Shown here: piece after piece, positions 10,486 to 23,012 of the stretch
Layout: each line of letters opens with the position of its first letter
How positions within the stretch are numbered: the first letter of the stretch is position 1
Source of the DNA: Octopus bimaculoides
Lineage: Eukaryota
Assembly: GCF_001194135.2 (NCBI RefSeq)
Contig: NC_068985.1
Location: 98,833,046 to 98,874,808 of the forward strand
Direction of reading: 5' to 3'
DNA: 41,763 nt
Notes under the pieces: generated by a model
The model's database searches: none
What the model saw: the letters and a program-made list of their open reading frames with translations, nothing else
What the model was told of the DNA's origin: nothing
Made by a program: the position numbers and the translations under genes

Positions 10486-10645
10486 GATGATGACGACGAC
10501 AACGAGGACGACTACGCTGATTATGATGACGACGAAGATGATGATGATGATGAAGATGATGATGATAATGATGATGATGATGATAATGATGATGGTGGTG
10601 GTGATGATGATGATGATGATGATGACCACGATGGTAATGACAATC
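10486..10645. repeat. (GAC/GAT)n imperfect microsatellite
   Basis: Directly visible; produces the poly-D/poly-M ORFs. Confidence 0.95.
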
Positions 10646-11434
10646 ATGAAAAGCATCAAGAATGAAAGTGTCGACTCTCTGGAATATATTATTTAAAAAA
10701 AAAAATTAAAAAAATTCAATATCGTGTAGGCCTACTGAAATATAATATGATCAGTGGCGGCTGTCATAAACAATAAGGAGGAAATATTGGGAGGGGTAGG
10801 AGGAGAAGAGGGAGTAGGGGGTAATGGGTATAAAAATACAGAGCCATTCAAAGGGGAATAATTTGGCAAATGAAAACTGTTGTGGTTAGTTTAAAGGAAC
10901 GGTTTTATATATGTCTTTCTCTTCTCTCTCTCACCCTCTTTCTCTGTGTGTCTGTGTGTGTGTGTGTGTGTGTTCATACGTGCGTATATATATNNNNNNN
11001 NNNNNNNNNNNNNNNNNNNNNNNNNNNNNNNNNNNNNNNNNNNNNNNNNNNNNNNNNNNNNNNNNNNNNNNNNNNNNNNNNNNNNNNNNNNNNNNNNNNN
11101 NNNNNNNNNNNNNNNNNNNNNNNNNNNNNNNNNNNNNNNNNNNNNNNNNNNNNNNNNNNNNNNNNNNNNNNNNNNNNNNNNNNNNNNNNNNNNNNNNNNN
11201 NNNNNNNNNNNNNNNNNNNNNNNNNNNNNNNNNNNNNNNNNNNNNNNNNNNNNNNNNNNNNNNNNNNNNNNNNNNNNNNNNNNNNNNNNNNNNNNNNNNN
11301 NNNNNNNNNNNNNNNNNNNNNNNNNNNNNNNNNNNNNNNNNNNNNNATATATATACATCTACATACATACATACACATATATATATATTTTTATATACAT
11401 ATATATATACATATATGTACATATATATATGTAT

Positions 11435-11468
<34 letters not shown>

Positions 11469-11721
11469 TTATACGCACATATGCTTACGTATAACAAGCA
11501 ATATATTACTATTTACGATTTAAAATATAAATTATATAAGACATTTGTATATACCGTTAAGGTAAAAGTTTTTAGGAGGTTAGCTTTGAAAGTTGCATTC
11601 CCTCGCGATCGGTAAAAATGTGCTTATTTTGGGTAGTTTTGACTTATGGAGTCCCTCTAAGCGTGAGGCATTATTGTATAGTAATGCCCTTATATAAATT
11701 ATATATATAGCAATAATAATG

Positions 11722-11952
11722 GTCTCGAATTTTGGCACAAGGCCAGCAATTTCTGTGAAAAGGGTAAGTCAGGTACATCGAACACCCCACCACCCCAACA
11801 ATGTTCAACCGGTACTTATTTCATCGACCGCAGAAGGACGAAAAGCCAAGTCGGCCGCGACGGAAATTGAACTTTGAACGTAATATCGGCAGAAATGCCG
11901 CTATACAGTTTTTTTTCCCCAGTGCCGTACCGATTCTGCCAACTCACCCCTT
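11722..11952 (-). mobile_element. Family A SINE, decayed
   Basis: GGCACAAGGCCAGCAATTT...GGTACTTATTTCATCGACC...GATTCTGCCAACTCACCCCT. Confidence 0.8.
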
Positions 11953-12081
11953 TCGATATCAAGAAGAGTAATATATATTATTATTAATAATAAATATTAT
12001 TAATCATATCATCATCATCATCACTATTATTATTATTATTATTATTAACATTATTATATAACTGTGAAATAGAACGTATGT

Positions 12082-12136
<55 letters not shown>

Positions 12137-12414
12137 ATATTGCTGGGGGAAACAACAAAAAACAATAACTCTTGCAGGTTAATCCTGCATTGCATTCAGT
12201 TTTCCATTTCGACTGACATTAAAACGAAACTATATTGCAATATAATACGTGATGTGACGGTATATGTTTCCGATATATATATATAAAAAAAAAAAAAATC
12301 GGATACATTTTTTGGGCTCTTTTCATTACTTTTTCGTCTTGTCATCTATTTCTAAACTTTTCTTTGTTTCTTTCTTTCAGAAACAAGAAACCAAAGATTA
12401 TATATACATACATT

Positions 12415-12525
12415 TATGTATGTACGTACGTATGTAAGCATATCTGTATGTATGTATGTATGTATGTATGTATGTATGTATGTATGTATGTATGTATGTA
12501 TGTACGTATGTATGCTTGTATGCTT
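12415..12525. repeat. (TATG)n microsatellite
   Basis: Directly visible. Confidence 0.95.
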
Positions 12526-13338
12526 GTATGTACATAATAAGCATAAATAAGTACTATGTAGGTATGNNNNNNNNNNNNNNNNNNNNNNNNNNNNNNNNNN
12601 NNNNNNNNNNNNNNNNNNNNNNNNNNNNNNNNNNNNNNNNNNNNNNNNNNNNNNNNNNNNNNNNNNNNNNNNNNNNNNNNNNNNNNNNNNNNNNNNNNNN
12701 NNNNNNNNNNNNNNNNNNNNNNNNNNNNNNNNNNNNNNNNNNNNNNNNNNNNNNNNNNNNNNNNNNNNNNNNNNNNNNNNNNNNNNNNNNNNNNNNNNNN
12801 NNNNNNNNNNNNNNNNNNNNNNNNNNNNNNNNNNNNNNNNNNNNNNNNNNNNNNNNNNNNNNNNNNNNNNNNNNNNNNNNNNNNNNNNNNNNNNNNNNNN
12901 NNNNNNNNNNNNNNNNNNNNNNNNNNNNNNNNNNNNNNNNNNNNNNNNNNNNNNNNNNNNNNNNNNNNNNNNNNNNNNNNNNNNNNNNNNNNNNNNNNNN
13001 NNNNNNNNNNNNNNNNNNNNNNNNNNNNNNNNNNNNNNNNNNNNNNNNNNNNNNNNNNNNNNNNNNNNNNNNNNNNNNNNNNNNNNNNNNNNNNNNNNNN
13101 NNNNNNNNNNNNNNNNNNNNNNNNNNNNNNNNNNNNNNNNNNNNNNNNNNNNNNNNNNNNNNNNNNNNNNNNNNNNNNNNNNNNNNNNNNNNNNNNNNNN
13201 NNNNNNNNNNNNNNNNNNNNNNNNNNNNNNNNNNNNNNNNNNNNNNNNNNNNNNNNNNNNNNNNNNNNNNNNNNNNNNNNNNNNNNNNNNNNNNNNNNNN
13301 NNNNNNNNNNNNNNNNNNNNNNNNNNNNNNNNNNNNNN

Positions 13339-13379
<41 letters not shown>

Positions 13380-13615
13380 AAAAGAAAAAAATGAAAGAAG
13401 CCTGAACATATTAAAAGCACATTTCTGAATCTGAATCTCAGATGGTAAAAAAATCAAAAAAATCAGACAAGATGGAAAGAGAAAAATTGTATATGGAAAG
13501 AAAAGACATTTAGAATAAATTTGGTATAAGAAATTGTAATATGTGACATTTTGAATGCAAGGTACCATACATACATACATACATACATACACACAACAAA
13601 TATATATGTAAATAT

Positions 13616-13716
<101 letters not shown>

Positions 13717-14066
13717 TATATACATACATACCAGTACGTATATTTATAAATCTTATGGCGGTGTTTTTTCTCCATTTTTACCAGTATTATTATACACTGG
13801 AGCAATATATTTTTATCTGTTAAATATGCATAAAAAAGAAGAAAACATACACACACAGCCATACACATGCGCATGCTCATACACCCGCACACGCGCACAC
13901 GCGCACACGCATAATAACGATAAAGGAAAAATACCAACCCATAAATGAAAGGGAAAACAACGTCTACCTTCTTACTGAAGTAACCGAGGGAGGTAACTTT
14001 TTATGTATGTATGTATGCATGTATGTATGTATGCATGTATGTATGTATGCATGTATGTATTCGTTT

Positions 14067-14163
<97 letters not shown>

Positions 14164-14296
14164 CATACATACGTATATGAGTATATATACAAATATATGC
14201 ATCTAAATGTATGAATATATACAGATATATGTGTATGTCTTTCTTTGTGTAAGAAATGTGTTTCTACATATGCACAAATATACTTATATATATGTA

Positions 14297-14347
<51 letters not shown>

Positions 14348-14910
14348 GTCTATATATCTACACACACACACATGCTCACACACACATACATACGTATATA
14401 AATCTTACATCATATAAGATTTTTGGAGTGAGTGGGTGGATGGATGCAATAAATAAATAAATAACAATATAAAATAAGCCACATTAATCAGGGTCAGGTG
14501 AAAATGGAAGCTGCGAGTGGTATCAGAGAAATGGTTTCTTCCTTCACCGAAAGAAATATAGGTAAAAAAATTGAAGCAAAAACATGAACAAAACAAACAT
14601 TTTCCGAAGTTTTTTTCCCCCTCACCATATCTGAAAGCGCTGAAGTTGAAAATGTTTAATATTGTTTGTGAAAATGACAAAAGCTTTCGAGACACGTGTA
14701 TTTCTTCTCAAGAGAAATATATCACAAAATAATATATATGAAATAAAGTAGACAATATCGTTGCTCGTAGAATATTTTGCAACGGAGATTAAATCTTTGG
14801 TATTCGGAATACTGCTTAGCTCAAGTGTGTACGCATTTTCACACGAACCATCGACAGAGCTAGAAGATGGAAGAAAGAGCTGCTTAGTCTCTCTCGAAAA
14901 CACAACTTAC

Positions 14911-15081
14911 GGTCTTATAAAAATTTGACTCCCTAGATAATGTTGTCCTAGATATACAGTAGCTGAAGAAATAAAATTCGAGATAGTTACGACTGGAATA
15001 TTTTTGATAACTCATATAGTCGAGCTGAGCTAGTCTAGAATTATACAACAACATAGCACCGCATACCCTTCCCTTTCTAAG
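14911..15081 (-). CDS. Candidate internal or cassette exon (171 nt, phase 0-0)
   Basis: ctacttttgcag|CTT...ACC|gtaagt. Only phase 0 is open (LRKGRVCGAMLLYNSRLAQLDYMSYQKYSSRNYLEFYFFSYCISRTTLSRESNFYKT). AT-rich and less protein-like. Confidence 0.2.
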
Positions 15082-16550
15082 CTGCAAAAGTAGCAAAGAC
15101 TGAAACCGGTACTAAGATGTTCTTCATGATAAAATTATTTTGGCATTTTCAATTTTGTCTTATGTTCCTTATATATATANNNNNNNNNNATATATATATA
15201 TATACATACATACTTATATATATATATATATCTATATATATGTATATATATATATTCAGGATTCGTGAGATAGTCAGAATACCATTGGTTTTATGTTGAG
15301 AGAAATCTCTCATCCATTATTCAAATCTGTCTCATGAGGTGTTGGTGTTCGTCTCCATGGTAAAATGTATAGGAAACAAAAGACGGAGACAGGTGAAGGA
15401 ACAACAAGCAGGTGTATTAGCTGACGTACCCGATAATTCCCGGGAAACGGGGGCTTATCCCTTGGTTCTGTTCTCATAACTGTTTCGCTAATCCAGTAAC
15501 AACAATACAAAGTATGTAGCCCTTAAAACGGTTTTCGTGCATTTATTGAGAATACCGAACTGTCTTACACACGATCTTGTTTTTAGGAATTCTCAATAAA
15601 TTATGAATACCCAAATTGTGAAGTCAATTATATAATAACATGAAATTAATTAGCCGATAGTAGGAATTCAAATAAAGTAGCCCCGAAAAGGGCTTTAATA
15701 CGTTCCAAGAGTACATAGAACTTTGGAGGAAATACTACTAAGGTATGTATACTAAAATCGTGAAGCATGTTACGTAATAAGAGGCTAATCAGATATGAGA
15801 TAATAACAATTCAAAGTAAATAATTCTGAAAAAGCTTTTGTGCGTTCGCAGAGAATATTACCCTCAACGGCGCTAGTACCGGAATATTCGTGAATAAGTC
15901 ACTAACCGAAATAAGTGGATCTATTGTTTAGGAAAATACTATTTACTTGTTTAAGCGTTGTACTGGATAAATAGCGAAAATATCTGAAATAGTTCAAATA
16001 GTAAGAAATACGCATACTCAATTTGATTTGTACCAAATAATTTAGGAACATGAATGGATTATTTCCCTTGGCTATATATAAGGATCCCTTTGAGGAGCGA
16101 ATGGGTTATTTCCCTTGGACGTTTAAAAACAATATATTCATTACATGTAGTAGATATAAGAATCCCTTCCAGGGCCCTATTATTAAATTTTTAAACAATC
16201 GAAGTACGTCACTAGTTTTCCAGACATGAGTTCTACTCACGTGTCATCAAAATCGATAAACGATGTAGGAGGAGTTAGATAACAACACTACAAGCAAACA
16301 GACCCACAGATTTCCACACATATAGTAAATATATGTGTACGTATATGTATGCATGTGTGTTTATATTTATGTACATCTACATAGATGTATATATATGGGC
16401 TTATATATATATATATATATATATATATNNNNNNNNNNNNNNNNNNNNNNNNNNNNNNNNNNNNNNNNNNNNNNNNNNNNNNNNNNNNNNNNNNNNNNNN
16501 NNNNNNNNNNNNNNNNNNNNNNNNNNNNNNNTATATTAGAAGCAATTGAT

Positions 16551-16629
16551 ACGGAAGATAGAATATACTGGAAACTATATTTACCACAACGATCGTTTCG
16601 ACACATCCTGCCTCACTCCCCCGTGTGTC
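16551..16629 (-). mobile_element. Probable PLE terminus fragment with 3' half of a hammerhead (GUGUC-GAAA-C-GAUC-G-UU)
   Basis: Homologous to 29013-29067: GATGTGTCGAAAC-N4-GT[CT]GTG...GTATATTC[TC]ATCTTCCGT. Stem II arms GACACA/TGTGTC are present, but there is no recognisable CUGANGA. Confidence 0.45.
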
Positions 16630-17202
16630 TGGAACTAAGCAATGAACTTCAATGCACTCCCTAGTGCAGAAGCCTCTCTTTGTATGGTATAACTCGGTTC
16701 CTCATTACGTAAGTAACATTACATAAGTAACTAGAGCATGTTAATAATAGTCGTATCTAAAATACATTGAGACGGAATATATTACCTTAAACGTACGTGT
16801 TACATTCAATAACATGTTTGTGATCTCCGTTATGTAGCCGAAACAAGCCGAAAGTTAGCTGATCATTTCTGAGAGTATCTGCACGACAAAAGGCGCAATT
16901 GCAGAGAGAATCTCAAACTTGCTGCACACCATTTCAAACCAGACTGATAATTTCAATCATCGTTTTCGTTTTCCCATCTGTGGTCTCCTTCAGTACAATC
17001 GCACTGATGCCACCTAATTGATTGATTTCCAATAGAGCTTATATACTATTAACCTAGTCTTAATATACTATTAGTATACTAATATATTAATATACTATTA
17101 ATATACTATTATATACTTAATATACTATTAACCTAGTCTTGACCTAGCTTTCCTTTGCACAACATAAACCTTCTAAATACCCATTCAGACATATATCCTT
17201 TC

Positions 17203-17335
17203 TATTACAGGCACAAGGTCTGAAATTTGCGGGGAGGGAGTAAGTCGATTACATCGACCCCAGTGCGTAACTGGTACATATTTAAACGACCCCGAAAGGA
17301 TGAAAAGCAAAGCAGACCTCGGCAGAATTTGAACT
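17203..17335 (-). mobile_element. Family A SINE 3' part
   Basis: AAGTCGATTACATCGACCCCAGTGCGTAACTGGTAC...GACCTCGGCAGAATTTGAACT. Confidence 0.85.
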
Positions 17336-17345
17336 GCCCCCGGCG

Positions 17346-17396
<51 letters not shown>

Positions 17397-17761
17397 ACTG
17401 TGTTCATGCAAGCTCGTCATCTTGTCATCCACTTACTCTTTCCTTTCTCCTCCTCGCACATTTGCATATATACACTGACGCATTATCTCCGCCACTCTTC
17501 TTCACACATTGCATTCCACTTCATGTTCTAGTTAGCTTTGCGCATGCTCAACAGTCATTCAACGCCGTCGCCGTTACCAACAATGCTGGTTCAATAACAC
17601 TTGTACAACTTTTCTCTTTCACTTTTTGTTTTTGCTTTTCATTTTCTATCCTGATAAAGGGCTTCTTGTTTAAAATGTTGAACGTTGATGCATCTTTTTC
17701 CCTACAGCCTAATACACCAATTTCTTTGCTTTTGTTTCTGTGCTTTTTTATTGTACACATA

Positions 17762-18364
17762 AACACGCACATACACACACGCACATACACACACACGCAC
17801 GCATGCACATACACACACACGCATACACACACGTACATAAAACATACTCTCACACACACACACTCACACACACAAACTCACGCACACACAAATACACGCA
17901 CACATACACACGCATATTCATANNNNNNNNNNAACTCACGCACACACAAATACACGCACACATACACACGCATATTCATACTCACACATACACACGCACA
18001 CGTACAGACACACATACAAACACACACGTATACAAACACGCACACATACACGCACATACACGCACATGCGCGCGCACGCACGTACACACACGCGCGCGCG
18101 CACACACATACCCACACACACATACTCACACACATACACACATATAGACACACACATACACGCACACATACGCACGCACATTCATACTCACAAATACACA
18201 TATGCACACACGCACACACAAGTACACAAATACACACACACACACATACGCACAAACACGCGCACATGCACACACACATACATACGTACATACACACATA
18301 TACTCACACACACACACACACAGACTGACACAAACACACATACAAACACACATACATACACACA
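17762..18364. repeat. Long degenerate (CA)n tract
   Basis: ~600 bp of CA/CG/TA dinucleotide variants. Confidence 0.95.
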
Positions 18365-18614
18365 AACAAAGAAATAGATATTGTCGCTTTGCCTCGGGTT
18401 AGACCTGGTTGTTCAAATATGCGCCAGTCTTGTTTATTATACCTTTTATACCTTTTCTTGGCTCTTTTGTTTTTGTTCAGGTGCAACGTTATTATTGCAT
18501 TATCTAATTTACAATTCCATTTTTATGTTCAAGACAAAAGCTAGCTTTAAGGGAAAATTTGGCTGCTATTTCTAGCAAGTCAATCAACAGCGCGGAGGTT
18601 TCCCTCTTGGATCG

Positions 18615-18669
<55 letters not shown>

Positions 18670-19125
18670 NNNNNNNNNNNNNNNNNNNNNNNNNNNNNNN
18701 NNNNNNNNNNNNNNNNNNNNNNNNNNNNNNNNNNNNNNNNNNNNNNNNNNNNNNNNNNNNNNNNNNNNNNNNNNNNNNNNNNNNNNNNNNNNNNNNNNNN
18801 NNNNNNNNNNNNNNNNNNNNNNNNNNNNNNNNNNNNNNNNNNNNNNNNNNNNNNNNNNNNNNNNNNNNNNNNNNNNNNNNNNNNNNNNNNNNNNNNNNNN
18901 NNNNNNNNNNNNNNNNNNNNNNNNNNNNNNNNNNNNNNNNNNNNNNNNNNNNNNNNNNNNNNNNNNNNNNNNNNNNNNNNNNNNNGTGTAATTGACTAAA
19001 AACGCAAGAAAGTATTCTAGTCCTTTAATATTTAATATTCAATGTTTCATTTATTCAATAAGACAATCAATACTTCATTTCATTTAACTATATATACTAT
19101 ATATTCTATATCCTTGTTGTGTCGA

Positions 19126-19165
19126 CCACCCGGCACCACCCGGCACCACCCGGCACCACCCGGCA
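19126..19165. repeat. (CCACCCGGCA)4 perfect GC-rich decamer repeat
   Basis: Four exact copies starting at 19126, 19136, 19146 and 19156. Confidence 0.95.
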
Positions 19166-19186
19166 CTGCGTCGTTTCCGACACATA

Positions 19187-19947
19187 CAGGGTGGGTGAAA
19201 AGGAGATAGGTATTAAAAATTGGTAATAAAATCCATATTCCCTTTACAAATATATTGAAACAAATGATACATGTTCTTTATTACATGGGAAAATGAAAGT
19301 AAATCTACGTATTTCAACGTAAGCACCGGCGGCATCAACCAGTTTCCTCAAACGGCTGGGGATGGAATGAACAACCTTCTGAAGGACGACGTTTGGTATA
19401 TCATTGAGAACCTCCTGAATCCGTGTCTCCAAGTCCTCCACTTTGCGAGGTTTTGTCTTGTATACCTCCTCTTTTGTGTAACTCCACAGGTAAAAATCAC
19501 ATAAAGTGAGATTTGGATTTCATGGAGTTCTTGACTTCTGGACATCTGCGATCACAATCTTCAGGTTTTGGCTCCTGCACGTAATGGGGTTTTCCACGGA
19601 CGAAAATTCAATTCTTTAAGCAACACCGTACGTATTGTGTGTCTTGTTAGTCCACTTTCACGAGCTGCTTAACGTGTTGAATTTTGCGGACTGTTATTAA
19701 CCATTTCCTGCACAGTTGCCATGTTCTCCGCGGATCTGGGTGTGGCTGGACAGCCACTTGTTGCATCGTTCACAGAGCCCGTGATCATCAGCTTTGCATG
19801 GCAACTTTTTATTGTCCTCTGACGTAATGTTGCATGCTTACCTATCTATGCGCGCCACCATCTCTGAACCTCAACAATGGACTTGTACAATTCATAGCAT
19901 GCTGCTATTTTAGCTTGCTTCTGAACAGTGAAGCGACCGGCCATCTG
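19187..19947 (-). mobile_element. Internally deleted Tc1/mariner-superfamily DNA transposon
   Basis: TA+CAGGGTG terminus at 19185-19193. C-terminal PNLTLCDFYLWSYTKEEVYKTKPRKVEDLETRIQEVLNDIP...RLRKLVDAAGAYVE corresponds to the SPDLxPxDFxLWG motif. N-terminus MAGRFTVQKQAKIAACYELYKSIVEVQRWWR starts at ATG 19944. Most of the catalytic domain is missing and the other TIR was not seen. Confidence 0.85.
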
Positions 19948-21165
19948 CAAAATAAGAGACAAGAAATAAAGAATAAGACAATAAGAAAATAAAAAAATCC
20001 CCATTAGTATTGTCTGTTTGAAGAATAATTTCGTCATGACTTCAGTGATAATAAGAATTTTATAAGCAATTTCTAATGCCGAGTTAACATATATGTATAT
20101 ATATGTATGTATATANNNNNNNNNNNNNNNNNNNNNNNNNNNNNNNNNNNNNNNNNNNNNNNNNNNNNNNNNNNNNNNNNNNNNNNNNNNNNNNNNNNNN
20201 NNNNNNNNNNNNNNNNNNNNNNNNNNNNNNNNNNNNNNNNNNNNNNNNNNNNNNNNNNNNNNNNNNNNNNNNNNNNNNNNNNNNNNNNNNNNNNNNNNNN
20301 NNNNNNNNNNNNNNNNNNNNNNNNNNNNNNNNNNNNNNNNNNNNNNNNNNNNNNNNNNNNNNNNNNNNNNNNNNNNNNNNNNNNNNNNNNNNNNNNNNNN
20401 NNNNNNNNNNNNNNNNNNNNNNNNNNNNNNNNNNNNNNNNNNNNNNNNNNNNNNNNNNNNNNNNNNNNNNNNNNNNNNNNNNNNNNNNNNNNNNNNNNNN
20501 NNNNNNNNNNNNNNNNNNNNNNNNNNNNNNNNNNNNNNNNNNNNNNNNNNNNNNNNNNNNNNNNNNNNNNNNNNNNNNNNNNNNNNNNNNNNNNNNNNNN
20601 NNNNNNNNNNNNNNNNNNNNNNNNNNNNNNNNNNNNNNNNNNNNNNNNNNNNNNNNNNNNNNNNNNNNNNNNNNNNNNNNNNNNNNNNNNNNNNNNNNNN
20701 NNNNNNNNNNNNNNNNNNNNNNNNNNNNNNNNNNNNNNNNNNNNNNNNNNNNNNNNNNNNNNNNNNNNNNNNNNNNNNNNNNNNNNNNNNNNNNNNNNNN
20801 NNNNNNNNNNNNNNNNNNNACAACAGCTCTTTTTCGTATTTGCATGGTCTACTCTTCCCGTACCCCTGTCTGGCATTCTTTTTACATACATTACGTTGAA
20901 ACACATTAATAAATAATAAAGAACTAAAGAACAAAATATGACGCCATTTAAAAATATATTTTTTTGTTACATAAATAAAAAAAAAGAACAACAACACAAA
21001 CACTAAAACAAACAGAACAACCACAAAACAACAAATTTTTTAGCCAATATAATTATTGTGTCAGCACTTTGTTTTTTACGACATCCATTCGTGTAATTTA
21101 TTCTCAGTGTCTGTCTCGCTATTATTTATTTGTCTATTCAATCGCGTAGACAAAAAGGTATTTAC

Positions 21166-21261
21166 GTCTGTGTTTGGCAAATCTTTAGAAAGCATGGTTG
21201 CGTGGTCAGTTCCGTCGTAGGACATGAGCACCTTTGACAGTTGGCCAGGGGCTACACCGGT
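21166..21261 (-). CDS. Candidate internal exon (96 nt, phase 0-0) of the same unidentified gene
   Basis: tctctag|ACC...GAC|gtaaat, encoding TGVAPGQLSKVLMSYDGTDHATMLSKDLPNTD. GC-richer island; plus-strand frames are closed; joins in frame to the 10129 exon. The acceptor pyrimidine tract is weak. Confidence 0.35.
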
Positions 21262-21315
21262 CTAGAGACCCGATTCTGATCCTTGTATGCTGGGCTTGCT
21301 TTCAATAAGTAATTA

Positions 21316-21445
21316 CAGTAGAACCCCGGTTTTCGAACAACTCTGATCACGAATAAATTATGCTTTATCTCCTGTCTTTCTCATATTCATTTAATACAGT
21401 ATTACCTAAGTTTACGAACGCCTCTGATCACGAATAAATCGAATA
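21316..21445 (+). mobile_element. Tigger/pogo-like DNA transposon end with subterminal repeats
   Basis: TA+CAGTAGAACCCCGG start; repeated CGAAC[AA/GC]CTCTGATCACGAATAAAT at ~21334-21358 and ~21416-21440. Confidence 0.55.
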
Positions 21446-21451
21446 TATCTA

Positions 21452-21804
21452 TATCTTTTTTCTTTTTCTTTTTCTTTCGCCCTTTTCAAGCCTAGCCAGG
21501 CTCATGGGCCCGGTTTCCCGGTTTCCATGGCGTATGTGTTTCCCCCAGCTGGACGGGACGCCAGTCCATCGCAGCTTACTCAAGAAACAGGAAGAAAGAG
21601 CGAGAGAAAGTTGAGGCGAAAGAGTTATATTTCTGTTGTACCTGTATTTCAAAGGGCCAGCCTTGTCACACTGAATCTCCCCGAGAACTACGTTTAAGGT
21701 ACACGTGTCTGTGGAGTGCTCAGTCACTTGCACGTTAATTTCCCGAGCAGGCTGTTCCGTTGATCGGATCAACTGGAACCCTCGTCGTCGAAACCGACGG
21801 AGTG
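21452..21804. mobile_element. Inverted fusion of two SINE 3' halves (family C-related) with different tails
   Basis: 21452-21624 (minus) shares AGAAACAGGAAG..AGAGAAAGTTG with 5277-5325 but continues into a CTGCGATGGACTGGCGTCCCGTCCAG...GAAACCGGG tail. 21629-21804 (plus) is the family-C tail, the reverse complement of ~5095-5280. Confidence 0.8.
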
Positions 21805-22822
21805 AGTGTTCTCCATGGGCGCATGCGTTTACAAATTTCCAGTTAGAATGTTATTTTTTTATGGATTAACTGACGAAAAATGCTTTAGTTTTACAATTTT
21901 CATTCTGGACTTTTGAGATGAGGGGATTTTGGATTATTTAACTTCCACCCCATTTTTGTCGACATGAAAAAAGACTTGACCTAGCTATTTTCTTTGAGTC
22001 TGTAGTGTTCGAACATACGGTCATTTGTGACTTTATTTACATTATAAAAAAATAGGAATAGGAAGAGGTATATGTCACTATGGTAGTAGCACCGGCGAAA
22101 TGAAAAATAACATCCCCCCGCCTAAATTGTGTGGCATGAAAACAGAAACAACAACAACAACAGATACAGCAGCAGCATCAGCAGCAACAGCATCAACCAC
22201 AATAATAGACTTTGAAAATTAAATAAACTAGCAAGCACAAACATAGACAACCCTATTTGATTATGCTGAGAAGATTCTCAAGATGGCCACCGCTCGAAGC
22301 ATAAAATATATTATATTTTAATTTTCTTTTCTTAGTCACTTTTCTATGTTGATACTGTCTGTCTTTTGTAACGATATAATGTTTATTTAATCCCACATTG
22401 TCTTTTGTTGTGAGTATACAAGCAAATTGGAAATTGTTTAACTGGGTAATAGAATTGGGTATGATAATAAGATTTATTATTTCTTTTTGTACATTGCTAA
22501 TAGCGTGCCTTAATCGATGTTGGTGTTTAAAAGAGCGTCTCTTAAACGTATGGCTATAGTTTATAGGAGTTATTTCAGCTTGTAAGTACTTTAGCAAGCT
22601 GTTGATACATAAATCATCGACTTCTTTCACAATTGCAATGGAATATATTGCAGAATTCCAGTGGCAGAGGCCAGATTTTCTGTCACTAAAAAAATATGGT
22701 AGCGCTAACTGATAATATCTAGAATATTTACATAGTTATTGTCTTGTTATTCGTAAGAATAATATTATTATTGCTATCAGTACTATTATTATAACTTTTA
22801 TACTATTATTATTGCTATTATT

Positions 22823-23012
22823 AAAGAAGCGAGCTGGAAGAAGCGTTTGGGTGTCAGAAAAATGGCGGTATTTCTTCTCACTCAACGTTCTGAGGTCGAC
22901 TTTGCTTTTCATTCTTTTGTGGTCGATGAAATGAGTAGCTGTTTCGCACTGGGTCCATGTAATCGACCCCCTACAATTTTAGCCTTGTGCTTATTGTAGA
23001 AAGAATTATTAT
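22823..23012 (+). mobile_element. Family A SINE, decayed (plus)
   Basis: GAAGCGAGCTGG...GAGGTCGACTTTGCTTTTCATTC...GCCTTGTGC with an (ATT)n tail. Confidence 0.75.

Noticed and set aside
14670-14715. Hammerhead-like UUGAGAA...GAAAGCUU on the minus strand
   Set aside because: No stem I pairing and two core changes.
18500-18612. Minus exon-like RETSALLIDLLEIAAKFSLK...
   Set aside because: Contains TGCTAGAAATAGCAGCCAAA, similar to 6433-6465 in this window and to an interspersed repeat I recall, so it is probably repeat-derived.
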